Shown piece by piece: positions 34,242 through 43,219 of a DNA stretch of 51,794 nucleotides; position 1 is the stretch's first letter, and the number at the start of each line of letters is the position of its first letter. Origin of the DNA: Actinomycetota bacterium (GTDB lineage: Bacteria > Actinomycetota > CADDZG01 > JAHWKV01 > JAOPZY01); the NCBI GenBank assembly GCA_050693695.1, contig JBOGWM010000282.1, positions 1 through 51,794 of the forward strand. The letters run 5' to 3'. The notes beneath the pieces are model-generated. The model was not told the origin of the DNA and made no database searches. It was given only the letters and a program-made list of their open reading frames with translations. The position numbers and the translations under genes were made by a program.

Positions 34242-37204
34242 GTCCGGACCGAGAAGCCCAGCTCCCGGCCCTCGGGCCACAGAGGGCAGAGAGGCTTCAT
34301 CCGGCACCAGAGGCAATCCGCCTCGGGCGAGGGGGCGAATCGCTCCGCCATGACTCCCTCGACGAGCATCGGCAGGCGCTTGAGGACCTTGTCGGCCTCC
34401 TCCGGGCTCTGCGTCGCTTGCTTGGGGCGGCCGTCCGCCCAGGTATCTCCCGGATACACCAGGCGCGCCGACACCGGCTTTCCGAGCTCGCGCAGCTCGG
34501 AATCCTCCCTGGCGGCCAGATGATAGATGGCAAGCTGCAGGGACTGGGGAGCCTTGCCGAGACCGGGGGCATAGCGGGCAGTCTTGTAGTCAGCCAGAAC
34601 GATATTAGGTCCGATCTTGTCGATCCGATCGATACGTCCACGCAGGATCGCTCCGGCATGCGGGATCTCGAAGAAGTGCTCGGTACGCACCGTCCGGCCC
34701 GCCTTGACCTCGTGCTCCAAGAAGACCTCGAGCATCCTCTCCCCGTCCCGCCGGTACTGGCGGGCGATGGCGGCGTTCGGGAAGGCGCCTTCCTCGAAGA
34801 GGTCGTCGTAGGCCTTGAAGAGGGTGGGTCGATCCGAGATCACCCCCTCGTGCACGTTCTGAAAGAGAGCGTGCATCCAGGTCCCGAACTTCATGGCGTA
34901 GGTGGAGATCGGATCCAATCCAAGGATGGTCTGGAGCATGTACTGCAGACCGCAGTTCTCGTAGACGGAGAGGCGGGAGTAAGAGGTTCGGAGTTGTCCT
35001 CCATCCTCCAGAGCCACGGCCCCCTCGGTCCATCCCCAACGTCCGTACCAGCGAGCGGGGTCGGTCCCGGGAAGCTCGGAGGCAGCGATGAGAGCCGCCA
35101 CCTTCTCCTCCGAAAGGCTGGTCCGCGACTGCAGGGTTCGACGCAGGCTGGCTCGCAGCTCTCGCTCGGTCAGGGGAAGCGACTCCTCCAAGGAGGCAAC
35201 GGCGATGGCTTCTCCCGCCAGCTCCGTCAGAAACCGGCTGGGCCGGCCCCGGCCTCCCGGCCCCGGCGAGACCGTGAAGATCGCCTTTCGCCGGGCCCTG
35301 GTGGCGGCGAGGTAAAAGGTTCGGCGATCATCTGCGATCGCCTCGATCTGGCGTTGCGTCACCTCGGCCATCTCCAGGGAGAACGGATCGAAGAGCCCCT
35401 GAGCGCGCCGCCCCTTTGGAATCCAGGCGTCAAGGCATCCGGCAACCACCACGACGTCCCACTCCCTTCCCTTCGCGCCGTGAAAGGACAGGAGCTGGAC
35501 TCCCCCTGCCCGGTCATCGGTTCTCGGTGCCAACCAGGGGTCAGCCCCGAAGTCGGCCCTCGTCGCCTCCCGGAGATACTCCCGAATCGTTGCCCTCCCA
35601 TGACGCCGCTCGACGAAGCGCCCCAGGGCATGGCCGAAGGCCATGAGCGCATCCACCTGGGCGTTGGCCGGGGTACCCCCTCGGTCCTGCCCGGGCGCGA
35701 AGGGCTCCTCTCGTATGGAGGCGACCAGCCGCTGGTAGTAGGGAGCTGCGGCGTAGACCTGCCAGAAGCACTCATCGGCCGCCGCCTTCGCTTGGCTCCG
35801 TACCAGATCGGCGAGCATCCGCAGGCCCGCCGCCTCCTCGGCTTCCTCCACCACCTCCGCGAGGCTCCGATGCTCTTGCCAGGCCCGGCGCTCCAGATGG
35901 CGACGCTGCCCGTAATCCAGGCCCACCAAAGGAGAGGTGAGGAGGTTGCCGAGCAGCGCCTCGGACCCCTCCTCATCCAGCGCCACGCGGACGAGATCGA
36001 GAAAGCAGGAGACGGCCGGCTCGGCTGCCAGAGGCCGCTCCGGCGCCATGGCAATGTAAGGGACCTCCCAATGCTCGAGAGCGCGCTGAAGAGCCGGCAG
36101 CAACTGAGCAGGCTGGGAAACCAACACGGCCATCTCGTGCCAGTCGGCTTCGTGGAGAAGTTGAAGCCTCCGCAGCTCCCTCCCGATCCCGGCCATCTCC
36201 TCAGCGCAGGACCCGTAGAGCCGGCAGGTGAAGTCGGTCTCTCGTTCCGAATAGACTGTTGGCCGCCACCATCCTTCACCGTCGTTGTGGGCGATCATCT
36301 CCCCCACCGCCGCCCCCAGGCCGGGACCGAGACGATGAGTGCGATCGAGGATCACCCGGGAGTGAGCGTCGAACCACTTCTCGAAGCCCAGGACCCAATC
36401 CGGCTGGGCTCCTCTGCACGACTCGACCGCACAGTCCGGATCGGCGGCGACCGTGAGATTCGCAATCCCCATCCCTGCCAGCAGCTCCCGATGGGCCGGG
36501 CTCATCTCCTCTCCCTCATCGACGAGGACGTGCAGGAAGCGAAGCGCTAGGGCCCGCCTCACCTCTTCATGGCGCTGGAGCATCCGGGCTGCCGAGGCGA
36601 TGAGCGTCGCATAGTCGATCCGACATTCACGGCGAAGATGATCCCGATACCGCCGGTAGAAGCGCACCACCTCCTCCCAGTCGGGCCGCCGAAGCGACAG
36701 GGCATCGAGGTCCTCGTCGCGCATGAGACGCTGGGTGACCCTCAGGCAAAAATCGGCAACCTCATCGACGAAAGCGCGCTGGGAGAGCTGGTCTCCCCAC
36801 GTGGGCCAGTCGGCCGGGCGCTCCATGGCGAGAAGCTCCCGCACCACTCCCCATTGCTCGGGAGCCGTGAGCAGGACCGGAGGCTCGCGGTACTCCAGCC
36901 CCAGAGCGCGGTAATGACGGGTGACGAGATGGTAGCAGAGGGCGTGCCAGGTATAGACGGGAATCTCGACGGTCGCCCGCTGCGGCAACCCCCAGGCGAG
37001 ACGGTCCTTCACCTGTTGAGAGTAGGCCCGGCTGTTGCAGAGAAAGAGAATCCGGTGAGGGGCCAGGCCGGGAGTACAGGCCAGGCGAAGGAACCTGCGC
37101 TCCAGGGTGAGGGTCTTGCCGGTCCCTGGCCCGCCGAGGACCAGAAGCGGACCCCCCTCGTGTTCAATCGCCTCTCGCTGGCGGTCGGTCAGCTCAACGC
37201 TCAC
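34238..37204 (-). CDS. adnA: UvrD-like helicase / RecB-family nuclease subunit AdnA
   Basis: GGPGTGKT, helicase core, a C-terminal RIDRIDK...VLADYKT...LQLAIYHLA nuclease and a terminal Cys cluster CLWCRMKPLC. The GTG at 37204 overlaps the stop of the NYN gene (GTGA). Confidence 0.8.
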   Translation of the reverse strand: MSVELTDRQREAIEHEGGPLLVLGGPGTGKTLTLERRFLRLACTPGLAPHRILFLCNSRAYSQQVKDRLAWGLPQRATVEIPVYTWHALCYHLVTRHYRALGLEYREPPVLLTAPEQWGVVRELLAMERPADWPTWGDQLSQRAFVDEVADFCLRVTQRLMRDEDLDALSLRRPDWEEVVRFYRRYRDHLRRECRIDYATLIASAARMLQRHEEVRRALALRFLHVLVDEGEEMSPAHRELLAGMGIANLTVAADPDCAVESCRGAQPDWVLGFEKWFDAHSRVILDRTHRLGPGLGAAVGEMIAHNDGEGWWRPTVYSERETDFTCRLYGSCAEEMAGIGRELRRLQLLHEADWHEMAVLVSQPAQLLPALQRALEHWEVPYIAMAPERPLAAEPAVSCFLDLVRVALDEEGSEALLGNLLTSPLVGLDYGQRRHLERRAWQEHRSLAEVVEEAEEAAGLRMLADLVRSQAKAAADECFWQVYAAAPYYQRLVASIREEPFAPGQDRGGTPANAQVDALMAFGHALGRFVERRHGRATIREYLREATRADFGADPWLAPRTDDRAGGVQLLSFHGAKGREWDVVVVAGCLDAWIPKGRRAQGLFDPFSLEMAEVTQRQIEAIADDRRTFYLAATRARRKAIFTVSPGPGGRGRPSRFLTELAGEAIAVASLEESLPLTERELRASLRRTLQSRTSLSEEKVAALIAASELPGTDPARWYGRWGWTEGAVALEDGGQLRTSYSRLSVYENCGLQYMLQTILGLDPISTYAMKFGTWMHALFQNVHEGVISDRPTLFKAYDDLFEEGAFPNAAIARQYRRDGERMLEVFLEHEVKAGRTVRTEHFFEIPHAGAILRGRIDRIDKIGPNIVLADYKTARYAPGLGKAPQSLQLAIYHLAAREDSELRELGKPVSARLVYPGDTWADGRPKQATQSPEEADKVLKRLPMLVEGVMAERFAPSPEADCLWCRMKPLCPLWPEGRELGFSVRT

Positions 37205-38745
37205 AGCCCCACCGACCTCGCCAGGCTCTCGGAGGAGATGACGAACGCGCCGGAGACGATGCAGCGCCTCCCGAGCTCCCGATCGGAGGTGACGACCACC
37301 GGCCCGACCCCCGGCGTTCCCGCCTCGAGCTCCGACACGATGAAGTCGTCGGCTGTCTCGCCCTCGGAGGTGAAAACTCGGGTGATCGTGTGAGCGCCCA
37401 CGCGAGGCACCCAGAACCACGAGACCTTCCGACCGTCATAGATCACGGTCACCCGATTCCCGGTTCTCGACTGATAGCGCTGGAGCGCCTGCTCCAGCGC
37501 TCGACGCTTGTCCTGAAGGCGCTCCGCTCCGATATGGCCCAAGCTCACGTTCCAGCCGTCGACCAGAAGGAGGATTCGCTTGGCCTCGAGCACTCCCCGA
37601 GCACCATCCTCCACGAAACGATCTCTCAGCTCACTCGGAGTTGGCGCTGGGCGCCCCCTGGGCGCGGCTCGGGCTCGGCCACCCTCTGAGCGCCCTCCAA
37701 GCGTTTCCGGTGCCGGGAGCCTCGCTCGAGCTTCTTTAAGCTCCCGCCGTACGCGTCGGTATCGCTCCTGGAGGTCCTCGAGCTCGGCTCGCAGGTCTCG
37801 CCGCTCCCGACGTGAGATCTCCTCAGCCTCCTCCAGCTCCGCCATCCTCGTGACAAGGCCCTGCTCGCGTGCTCGCACCGTGGCGCATTCCTCCTGGAGA
37901 CTCCGAGCGCGCTTCGCCGCCTCCGCTGCCTCCTTCGCCTTTTCCTCGAGCGTTTGCGAGGCCTTGCCCAATCGCCGTTCGAGGCGTTTGGTCGTCCGCC
38001 GCTCGGTCGCAAGATCTCGACCAAGGCGCCTCACCTCCTCCTGGCTGTTCCAGCTCTCCCGGGCAAGGGCCCCGATGAGCCCTTCCAACTCATCTAGCTC
38101 CGGATCCTCCTCCGCCCAAGTCGACACCTCCAGGGCATCCTCGACCCGATCCCAGGCCAGCAGGATCGAGACGACGTGAGGGGCATCGCCTGACCCTTGC
38201 CGCAGATCATCGATGATCTCTTTGGTGGAAAGCTGCTCATAAGGGGCGAAGCATCCGACATGGACGCTCCTGAACATGTCGACGATGACTTCGGTGAAGC
38301 GCCTGTGTTGGCCGAGAGCGGCGAGGATGGTTTCTCGCTCCGGCTTCCCCAGCTTGCGCAGACGCTTCCCCACCAGCGGAACCAGCCGGGGGGGCGCCTC
38401 GTTCCGCTGAAGGAACTCGAGCCCGTCCGCCGCCACCAGCAGCAACGGCTCCAGCAGCCAATCGGCCACGCCGAACCCATTGAGGCAAGACGGCGAAGCC
38501 GCCGACTCGCCTCCCGTCCCGCCGCCGGCGGGCACTGTCCGATCATCGGGCGTCCTCCGGACACGCCGAGCGGTCCCGACCGGCGACTTCGACAGCCCCC
38601 GACGGCCAAGCGCCAGGACTTCCTTGCCTCCCGAAACACCCGGAGAAGCTTCCAGTCGGCTCACTTCCACGCTCCCGTTCTCGGTCGCCTTTTCTTTTTC
38701 CGGCATGGATACCCTTTTCTCCTGCCTGGCGCCGAGCTGGAGCAA
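37201..38745 (-). CDS. Coiled-coil protein with a C-terminal YacP/Rae1-like NYN ribonuclease domain
   Basis: The C-terminus ILLLVDGWNV...VTVIYDG...TRVFTSEGETADDFIV...VVVTSDRELGRRC..SGAFVISSESL matches the NYN_YacP pattern. The middle ~120 aa are Glu/Arg/Leu/Ala heptad-like. An alternative start is ATG 38706. Confidence 0.75.
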   Translation of the reverse strand: MLQLGARQEKRVSMPEKEKATENGSVEVSRLEASPGVSGGKEVLALGRRGLSKSPVGTARRVRRTPDDRTVPAGGGTGGESAASPSCLNGFGVADWLLEPLLLVAADGLEFLQRNEAPPRLVPLVGKRLRKLGKPERETILAALGQHRRFTEVIVDMFRSVHVGCFAPYEQLSTKEIIDDLRQGSGDAPHVVSILLAWDRVEDALEVSTWAEEDPELDELEGLIGALARESWNSQEEVRRLGRDLATERRTTKRLERRLGKASQTLEEKAKEAAEAAKRARSLQEECATVRAREQGLVTRMAELEEAEEISRRERRDLRAELEDLQERYRRVRRELKEARARLPAPETLGGRSEGGRARAAPRGRPAPTPSELRDRFVEDGARGVLEAKRILLLVDGWNVSLGHIGAERLQDKRRALEQALQRYQSRTGNRVTVIYDGRKVSWFWVPRVGAHTITRVFTSEGETADDFIVSELEAGTPGVGPVVVTSDRELGRRCIVSGAFVISSESLARSVGL

Positions 38746-38876
38746 GGAACGGGATCCGCATCCCCCGGCGGGGAAGGCTCCAAAGCCGGGATGGGATCTT
38801 CGCCATGGGCTCTCGGCTCGACGCCCGGGCGGTCGATCGATCTTGTGAGGGACGATAGGGAGCAGGGCGGGTCACG

Positions 38877-39923
38877 TCAACCATCCGCCGCCGGGTCGGA
38901 TTCCAGGTTCGCTCTTTGACCTCGGAGGAACGCAGCTTCCGAGACAGGCAGCTCGATGCCTGCCGGGCGCCCTCCGGGTACGGTGCGACTCTCCGAACCT
39001 TCCCTTTCGATAGCCGCCACGCAGGCCCGCGCATCCGCCACCAGCCCTCTCATCTCACCCAGGGCGTTCCCCGCGATCGTTAGGCCCCTGGCCAGGCGAC
39101 CCTCGATGCGATCCCCCAGCTCGCGAAGACAGACGGAGACCTCGTGAATCCGCACCAAGAGCTGCTCGTGGTCGACACTGCGTGCGTAGCCGCGGTAGAG
39201 ATTCCACAGTCCGAGCAGGAGAGGAAGCGCCAGCGAGTAGGAAACGATGATCACCCGCCGGTCCTGGGCCATCCGATGGGCCTTGCGGCAGCAGGCGTAG
39301 ACCGAGTCCGGCACCGCCATCACCGCCAGAGGAGCCGTGACCGAGGGCTCAATGTAGCCGGCCACCTCCTTGATCCGGGAACAGGCGAGCTGCTCAACCT
39401 GCCTTCGCAGCTCCTCGCGTACGGCTGGATCCTCCGAGGCCTCCAGACGATCGATGAGGTCGAGACCCGCCCACTTGGAGTCGACCGCGAGCACCTTCTC
39501 GTCGGGAAGGCGCAGGGCGAACTCACAGACCCTGCCTCCCAGCCGAAAGTCCCTGATGACCATCTCCTGGGGGAATTCCCCCAGGGCCGCCGAAAGAAGG
39601 TTCTCCCCGGCCCGTCCCCGGGCAGAAGAGCCGGTCACCAGGCGCTCGATCCGGGTCACCGCCTCGGTGGCGGCCTCCTCCAGACGTCCGCGCTCCTCGA
39701 ATTTTCCCACCAGCTCGGAAAGGGACCCCGCGGCCAGATCGAGGCGCGCCTGAATGGTCCTGGTCGCCTCGGCTTCCACCGCCTGGCGCGCCGCCATCTC
39801 CCGAAGCTCCCGGACGGGCGCCGCCACCCGAGCCAGGACAACCGCCGCGATCACGATGGCGGCGGCCACGCTCACCGGTCCCAGATCCATAGTGGGAGAG
39901 ATCTTAAGAACCGGGGGTGACAT
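38877..39923 (-). CDS. rmuC: DNA recombination protein RmuC
   Basis: N-terminal TM helix, then coiled coil, then ...RGRAGENLL......F.LRLPDEKVLAVDSKW...IEPSVTAPLAVMAVP, as in the RmuC family. Confidence 0.8.
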   Translation of the reverse strand: MSPPVLKISPTMDLGPVSVAAAIVIAAVVLARVAAPVRELREMAARQAVEAEATRTIQARLDLAAGSLSELVGKFEERGRLEEAATEAVTRIERLVTGSSARGRAGENLLSAALGEFPQEMVIRDFRLGGRVCEFALRLPDEKVLAVDSKWAGLDLIDRLEASEDPAVREELRRQVEQLACSRIKEVAGYIEPSVTAPLAVMAVPDSVYACCRKAHRMAQDRRVIIVSYSLALPLLLGLWNLYRGYARSVDHEQLLVRIHEVSVCLRELGDRIEGRLARGLTIAGNALGEMRGLVADARACVAAIEREGSESRTVPGGRPAGIELPVSEAAFLRGQRANLESDPAADG

Positions 39924-39957
39924 TTCTCACGGTTTGCGGATCGATGTCACCATTTAT

Positions 39958-40167
39958 CTAAAGAGCTCCAACGATCTCGGCGTGAAAGGCGCACAGTCCC
40001 CTCTTGGCTCCCGAGAGCCGCTCGCAACCCGGCCAGGCACAGGCCCACGTACCAACTTTGGCCTGGACCCGCCTGAGGTGCTCGGCGCAGAGCCGCCCCC
40101 GTACGGGGGCCTGCCCGCAGAAAGTCCGGTGGCTGGCGGGCCACATGCAGCCCCCGGAAGCAGTCAA
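39958..40167 (-). CDS. Small (69-aa) tandem zinc-ribbon-like Cys/His protein
   Basis: TTG start 5 nt after a GGGAGGAG SD. The motifs are C-x5-H-x3-C-x9-C-x2-H and C-x4-C-x10-C-x2-H (CAWPGCERLSGAKRGLCAFH). The second resembles the GLCxxH zinc fingers seen N-terminal to actinobacterial HNH proteins. Confidence 0.5.
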   Translation of the reverse strand: MTASGGCMWPASHRTFCGQAPVRGRLCAEHLRRVQAKVGTWACAWPGCERLSGAKRGLCAFHAEIVGAL

Positions 40168-40320
40168 TCACTCCTCCCGGGAAACATCGACTCTTCTCCC
40201 GCTACGGGGAGAGGGGACCACCCCGGGAACAGAACACCCGAGATGGTCCTCCTCCACCCCACCCCCCCAACTTGTGAGCGGTCTCCGGTCGAGGCATTGG
40301 CCCCTGGACCGGGGCTGAGA

Positions 40321-41877
40321 ATGCCATTGAGCGAACCAAGCACCATTCACGTTGTCTTTGATACCGTCGCGACGGAGGAGCGAGGAAGAACGCATCTCAT
40401 CGCCACATCTCTCCCGATCCCGAGAACCACCCAAGGAGGACCGACGATCGGAACCGAATCCGTCCCGCTGGCCAGGTTGATCGCCGAGCAGCGCAAGCGC
40501 CAGAGTCTTTCTCTAAACGGCGTGGCTCGGCTGATGCGCAGGGCCGCCGAGGAAGAGGGCAGCTACTGTGGCGCCGATCCCCAGGCCATCCACGACTACG
40601 AGCGGGGACGGATTCCCCACCCCGATCCCCTGCGCTGGCTGGCGACCGCCCTCGGCCTCCCAGTCGAGCAGGTCACCACGGCGGCATCGCAACAGCGCGT
40701 GGCCCGCCGCCGGCAGCGGCTTGCGGACATGCCCCTCTCGCTCGATCTCCCTCGCTCGCCCTCGCGTATCGTGGAGGAAGTAACCTCGTTCACCATGCGA
40801 GATCTCAGTCCCGGTCTTAGCCGGCGGGAGGCGATCAAGACCCTGGGCGCGGTCGTCTTCGGCGCTTCCCTGACGGAGCCACTGGAGCGCTGGGCCATGG
40901 CGGATCCCGTGGTCCCGACCCACAGCTTCAACGGCTCCATCGGCGAAGAGGAGGTGGGGCGTCTTGAAGCGACTGTCCGCACTCTCCGTACCTGGGAGAG
41001 CCGCCTCCGGATGGGGGTTCGCCGCAAGGCGGTGATCGGACAGCTCAACGAGGTGGCGGATCTCGTGAAGGAATCCCAATCCCCCGCCATCGCCTCCCGG
41101 CTGTTCAGGGTGATGGCCGAGCTGTCGCAGATAGCGGCATCCATGTCCTACGACGCCGGCATGCACGGAGTGGCCCAGAAGTACTACTCCCTGGCGCTGT
41201 CCACAACCGACGCTGCGGGAGACCACCTCTTCGGCGTCAACATCCTGGCAGATATGAGTCGGCAGATGCTCGACCTCGATCGACCCATGGACGGCCTCGA
41301 GCTGGTCAGGCTCGCCCTCGACGGACGAGACATCCCGATGCCCCCCAGGGTCCGGGCGATGCTGCGCACCCGTGAGGCGTGGGCCTACGCCAAGATGGGG
41401 CGAGTCCAGGCGTTCCAGCGTGCGGTCGGCCTCGCCGAGGAGACCTTCGCCAGGGGAGAGGCCGGCGAGGAGCCGCACTGGATCAAGCGCTTCGACGCCG
41501 CGGAGCTCTCCGGGGTGATCGGGGCACGATACCGGGATCTGGCCCGGCATGATCCCAGCCATGCCTGGCGGGCGATCGGCAAGATCCAAGAGGCGCTCGG
41601 GTTGAGAGATCGACATCGTCTTCGCAACCGGGCCTTCGATACGGTGGGTCTCGGCCGGGCGTACCTCCTGGCGGGGGAACCCGAGGAGGCATGCCGAGTG
41701 ACCCATCCCGTCCTAGAAATGGCGGGGGCGTTGGAGTCGGGGCGGGTCTGCCGCCGCCTGCGCGACTTGCATCGCGAAGCCGAGCTCCACCGCCAGCTTC
41801 CCGAGGTCGCGGAGTTTCGGGAGGAGATCACCGAGCGGGTGTTGAGGGGCCGGCGAGGAGTGGGGTGGCTCGGATAG
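40321..41877 (+). CDS. XRE-family HTH regulator with a C-terminal TPR-like helical-repeat domain
   Basis: HTH LARLIAEQRKRQSLSLNGVARLM....IHDYERGR. The C-terminal ~330 aa carry TPR-like repeats (AQKYYSLAL..., EAWAYAKMGRVQAFQRAV..., GLGRAYLLAGEPEEA). The start is placed at ATG 40321; the track start at 39754 runs antisense through rmuC. Confidence 0.75.
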   Translation: MPLSEPSTIHVVFDTVATEERGRTHLIATSLPIPRTTQGGPTIGTESVPLARLIAEQRKRQSLSLNGVARLMRRAAEEEGSYCGADPQAIHDYERGRIPHPDPLRWLATALGLPVEQVTTAASQQRVARRRQRLADMPLSLDLPRSPSRIVEEVTSFTMRDLSPGLSRREAIKTLGAVVFGASLTEPLERWAMADPVVPTHSFNGSIGEEEVGRLEATVRTLRTWESRLRMGVRRKAVIGQLNEVADLVKESQSPAIASRLFRVMAELSQIAASMSYDAGMHGVAQKYYSLALSTTDAAGDHLFGVNILADMSRQMLDLDRPMDGLELVRLALDGRDIPMPPRVRAMLRTREAWAYAKMGRVQAFQRAVGLAEETFARGEAGEEPHWIKRFDAAELSGVIGARYRDLARHDPSHAWRAIGKIQEALGLRDRHRLRNRAFDTVGLGRAYLLAGEPEEACRVTHPVLEMAGALESGRVCRRLRDLHREAELHRQLPEVAEFREEITERVLRGRRGVGWLG

Positions 41878-42347
41878 GGGTCACCGGGCACTCCGACCTC
41901 CCGCCGGAAACGGCCGAGCTCGTCTACCGGGCGCTCCAAGACGCACTCCGCCCCGATGCGGGAGCCGGGCTGGTCGGCGTCACCTGCCTGGCGGAGGGCG
42001 CGGATCAGATCTTCGCCCGGGCGATCCTGGATCTGGGCGGGCGCTACGAGGTGATCCTCCCCGCTCCCGACTACCGGGAGAAGGTGGTCAAGCCTCATAA
42101 CCTCGGGGACTTCGATGAGCTTCTCAAGCGAGCGAGCACGGTTCGATACCTGCCCTTCGAGACCTCGGGGCGCGAGGCGTACCTGTCGGCGAGCAAGGAG
42201 CTCATCTCGGTAAGCGAACGTCTCCTCGCGGTATGGGACGGCCAGCCCCCCCGAGGGCCGGGAGGGACCGCGGATGCCGTGGCCCATGCACGAGAGGTCG
42301 GCGTGCCGGTCGAGGTGATCTGGCCGGAAGACGCTCGACGGGGCTGA
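41865..42347 (+). CDS. SLOG/LOG/DprA-like Rossmann-fold protein (160 aa)
   Basis: GTG at 41865 with a GGCGAGGAG SD, overlapping the regulator's 3' end by 13 nt. Motifs are IGVTGH, CLAEGADQIFA, LLAVWDG and GPGGTADAV. Confidence 0.65.
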   Translation: MARIGVTGHSDLPPETAELVYRALQDALRPDAGAGLVGVTCLAEGADQIFARAILDLGGRYEVILPAPDYREKVVKPHNLGDFDELLKRASTVRYLPFETSGREAYLSASKELISVSERLLAVWDGQPPRGPGGTADAVAHAREVGVPVEVIWPEDARRG

Positions 42348-42449
42348 GCCCAACAGGAGGATCCCTTCTCCGATTCAGGAGCCACAGCGCGGCCTGCGGT
42401 CTCCTTTGCATGTACCCCCGGGACGGTCCGGCTCGGCTACGCTTCTCTC

Positions 42450-43190
42450 ATGCCCATCCCCCGCCCGCCCGGAGCTGTCACCTTCGATTGCTGGGGCACG
42501 CTCCTGGTCGACGTGGATGTCCGAGGGGCGCTGGAGCGAAGAGGGGCCGCCCTCGTCAGGGCGTCGCTGCGGCGGGGACTGGACCTCGCTCCCGAGCGCG
42601 CCCGGGAGCTCATCGAGGCCGCCTGGCAAGAGCACGTGGTCGCCTGGCGAAACGGAGATCTCTTCGGACCAGAGGGCGCCGCCCTCTGGTGTGTGGCCCA
42701 GCTCGGCCTGGACGACCCCTCCGACATCGTAGACGAGCTGGCGGAGACCCTCGCGACGGGAACCCTGGACAGCGGGACCCGGCTCGTGGAGGGTGCCGAG
42801 GAAGCGCTCACCGCCCTGCGATCCCGAGACATCCCGACCGCCCTGATCTGTGATACGGGCCTCACCCCGTCGCGCGTCGTTCGAGAGGCGCTCCGCCGCC
42901 ACGGCCTCGCGCTGGCCCACTACTTCTTCTCCGACGAGTTCGGCGTCCCCAAGCCCAGCCCCCGGATCTTCTCCGCAGCTCTCGTTGCCATCGGTGTGGA
43001 GCCGCCCACGGCCGTTCACATCGGCGACTTGAGAAGGACCGACGTGGCCGGCGCCCGGACCGCAGGCATGGCCAGCATCCGATTCGCAGGGGTCCACGAC
43101 GATGGCTGGCTGCCCGAGGACTGCCAGGCCGAGGAGGCCGATGCGGTGCTCTACCACTGGGACGACCTGCCCGCCCTGCTCGGCCTGTAG
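42450..43190 (+). CDS. HAD-superfamily hydrolase (subfamily IA, D-x-W variant of motif I)
   Basis: Motif I is VTFDCWGTLL, motif II is ICDTG and motif IV is HIGDLRRTDVAGARTAGM. Confidence 0.8.
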   Translation: MPIPRPPGAVTFDCWGTLLVDVDVRGALERRGAALVRASLRRGLDLAPERARELIEAAWQEHVVAWRNGDLFGPEGAALWCVAQLGLDDPSDIVDELAETLATGTLDSGTRLVEGAEEALTALRSRDIPTALICDTGLTPSRVVREALRRHGLALAHYFFSDEFGVPKPSPRIFSAALVAIGVEPPTAVHIGDLRRTDVAGARTAGMASIRFAGVHDDGWLPEDCQAEEADAVLYHWDDLPALLGL

Positions 43191-43219
43191 TCCCTCCAGT
43201 GGCAACAAATTAGGATCTT

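Noticed and set aside
31854-36550. 644-aa (31854-33788) and 710-aa (34418-36550) plus-strand ORFs antisense to adnB and adnA
   Set aside because: These are shadow ORFs without recognisable domains. The minus-strand frames contain Walker A, UvrD and RecB-nuclease motifs and have coupled start/stop overlaps.
39754-40320. N-terminal 189-codon extension of the XRE-TPR ORF (track start 39754)
   Set aside because: The extension runs antisense through the start of rmuC and the whole zinc-ribbon gene. The translated text is low-complexity, and the HTH domain begins only after the ATG at 40321.
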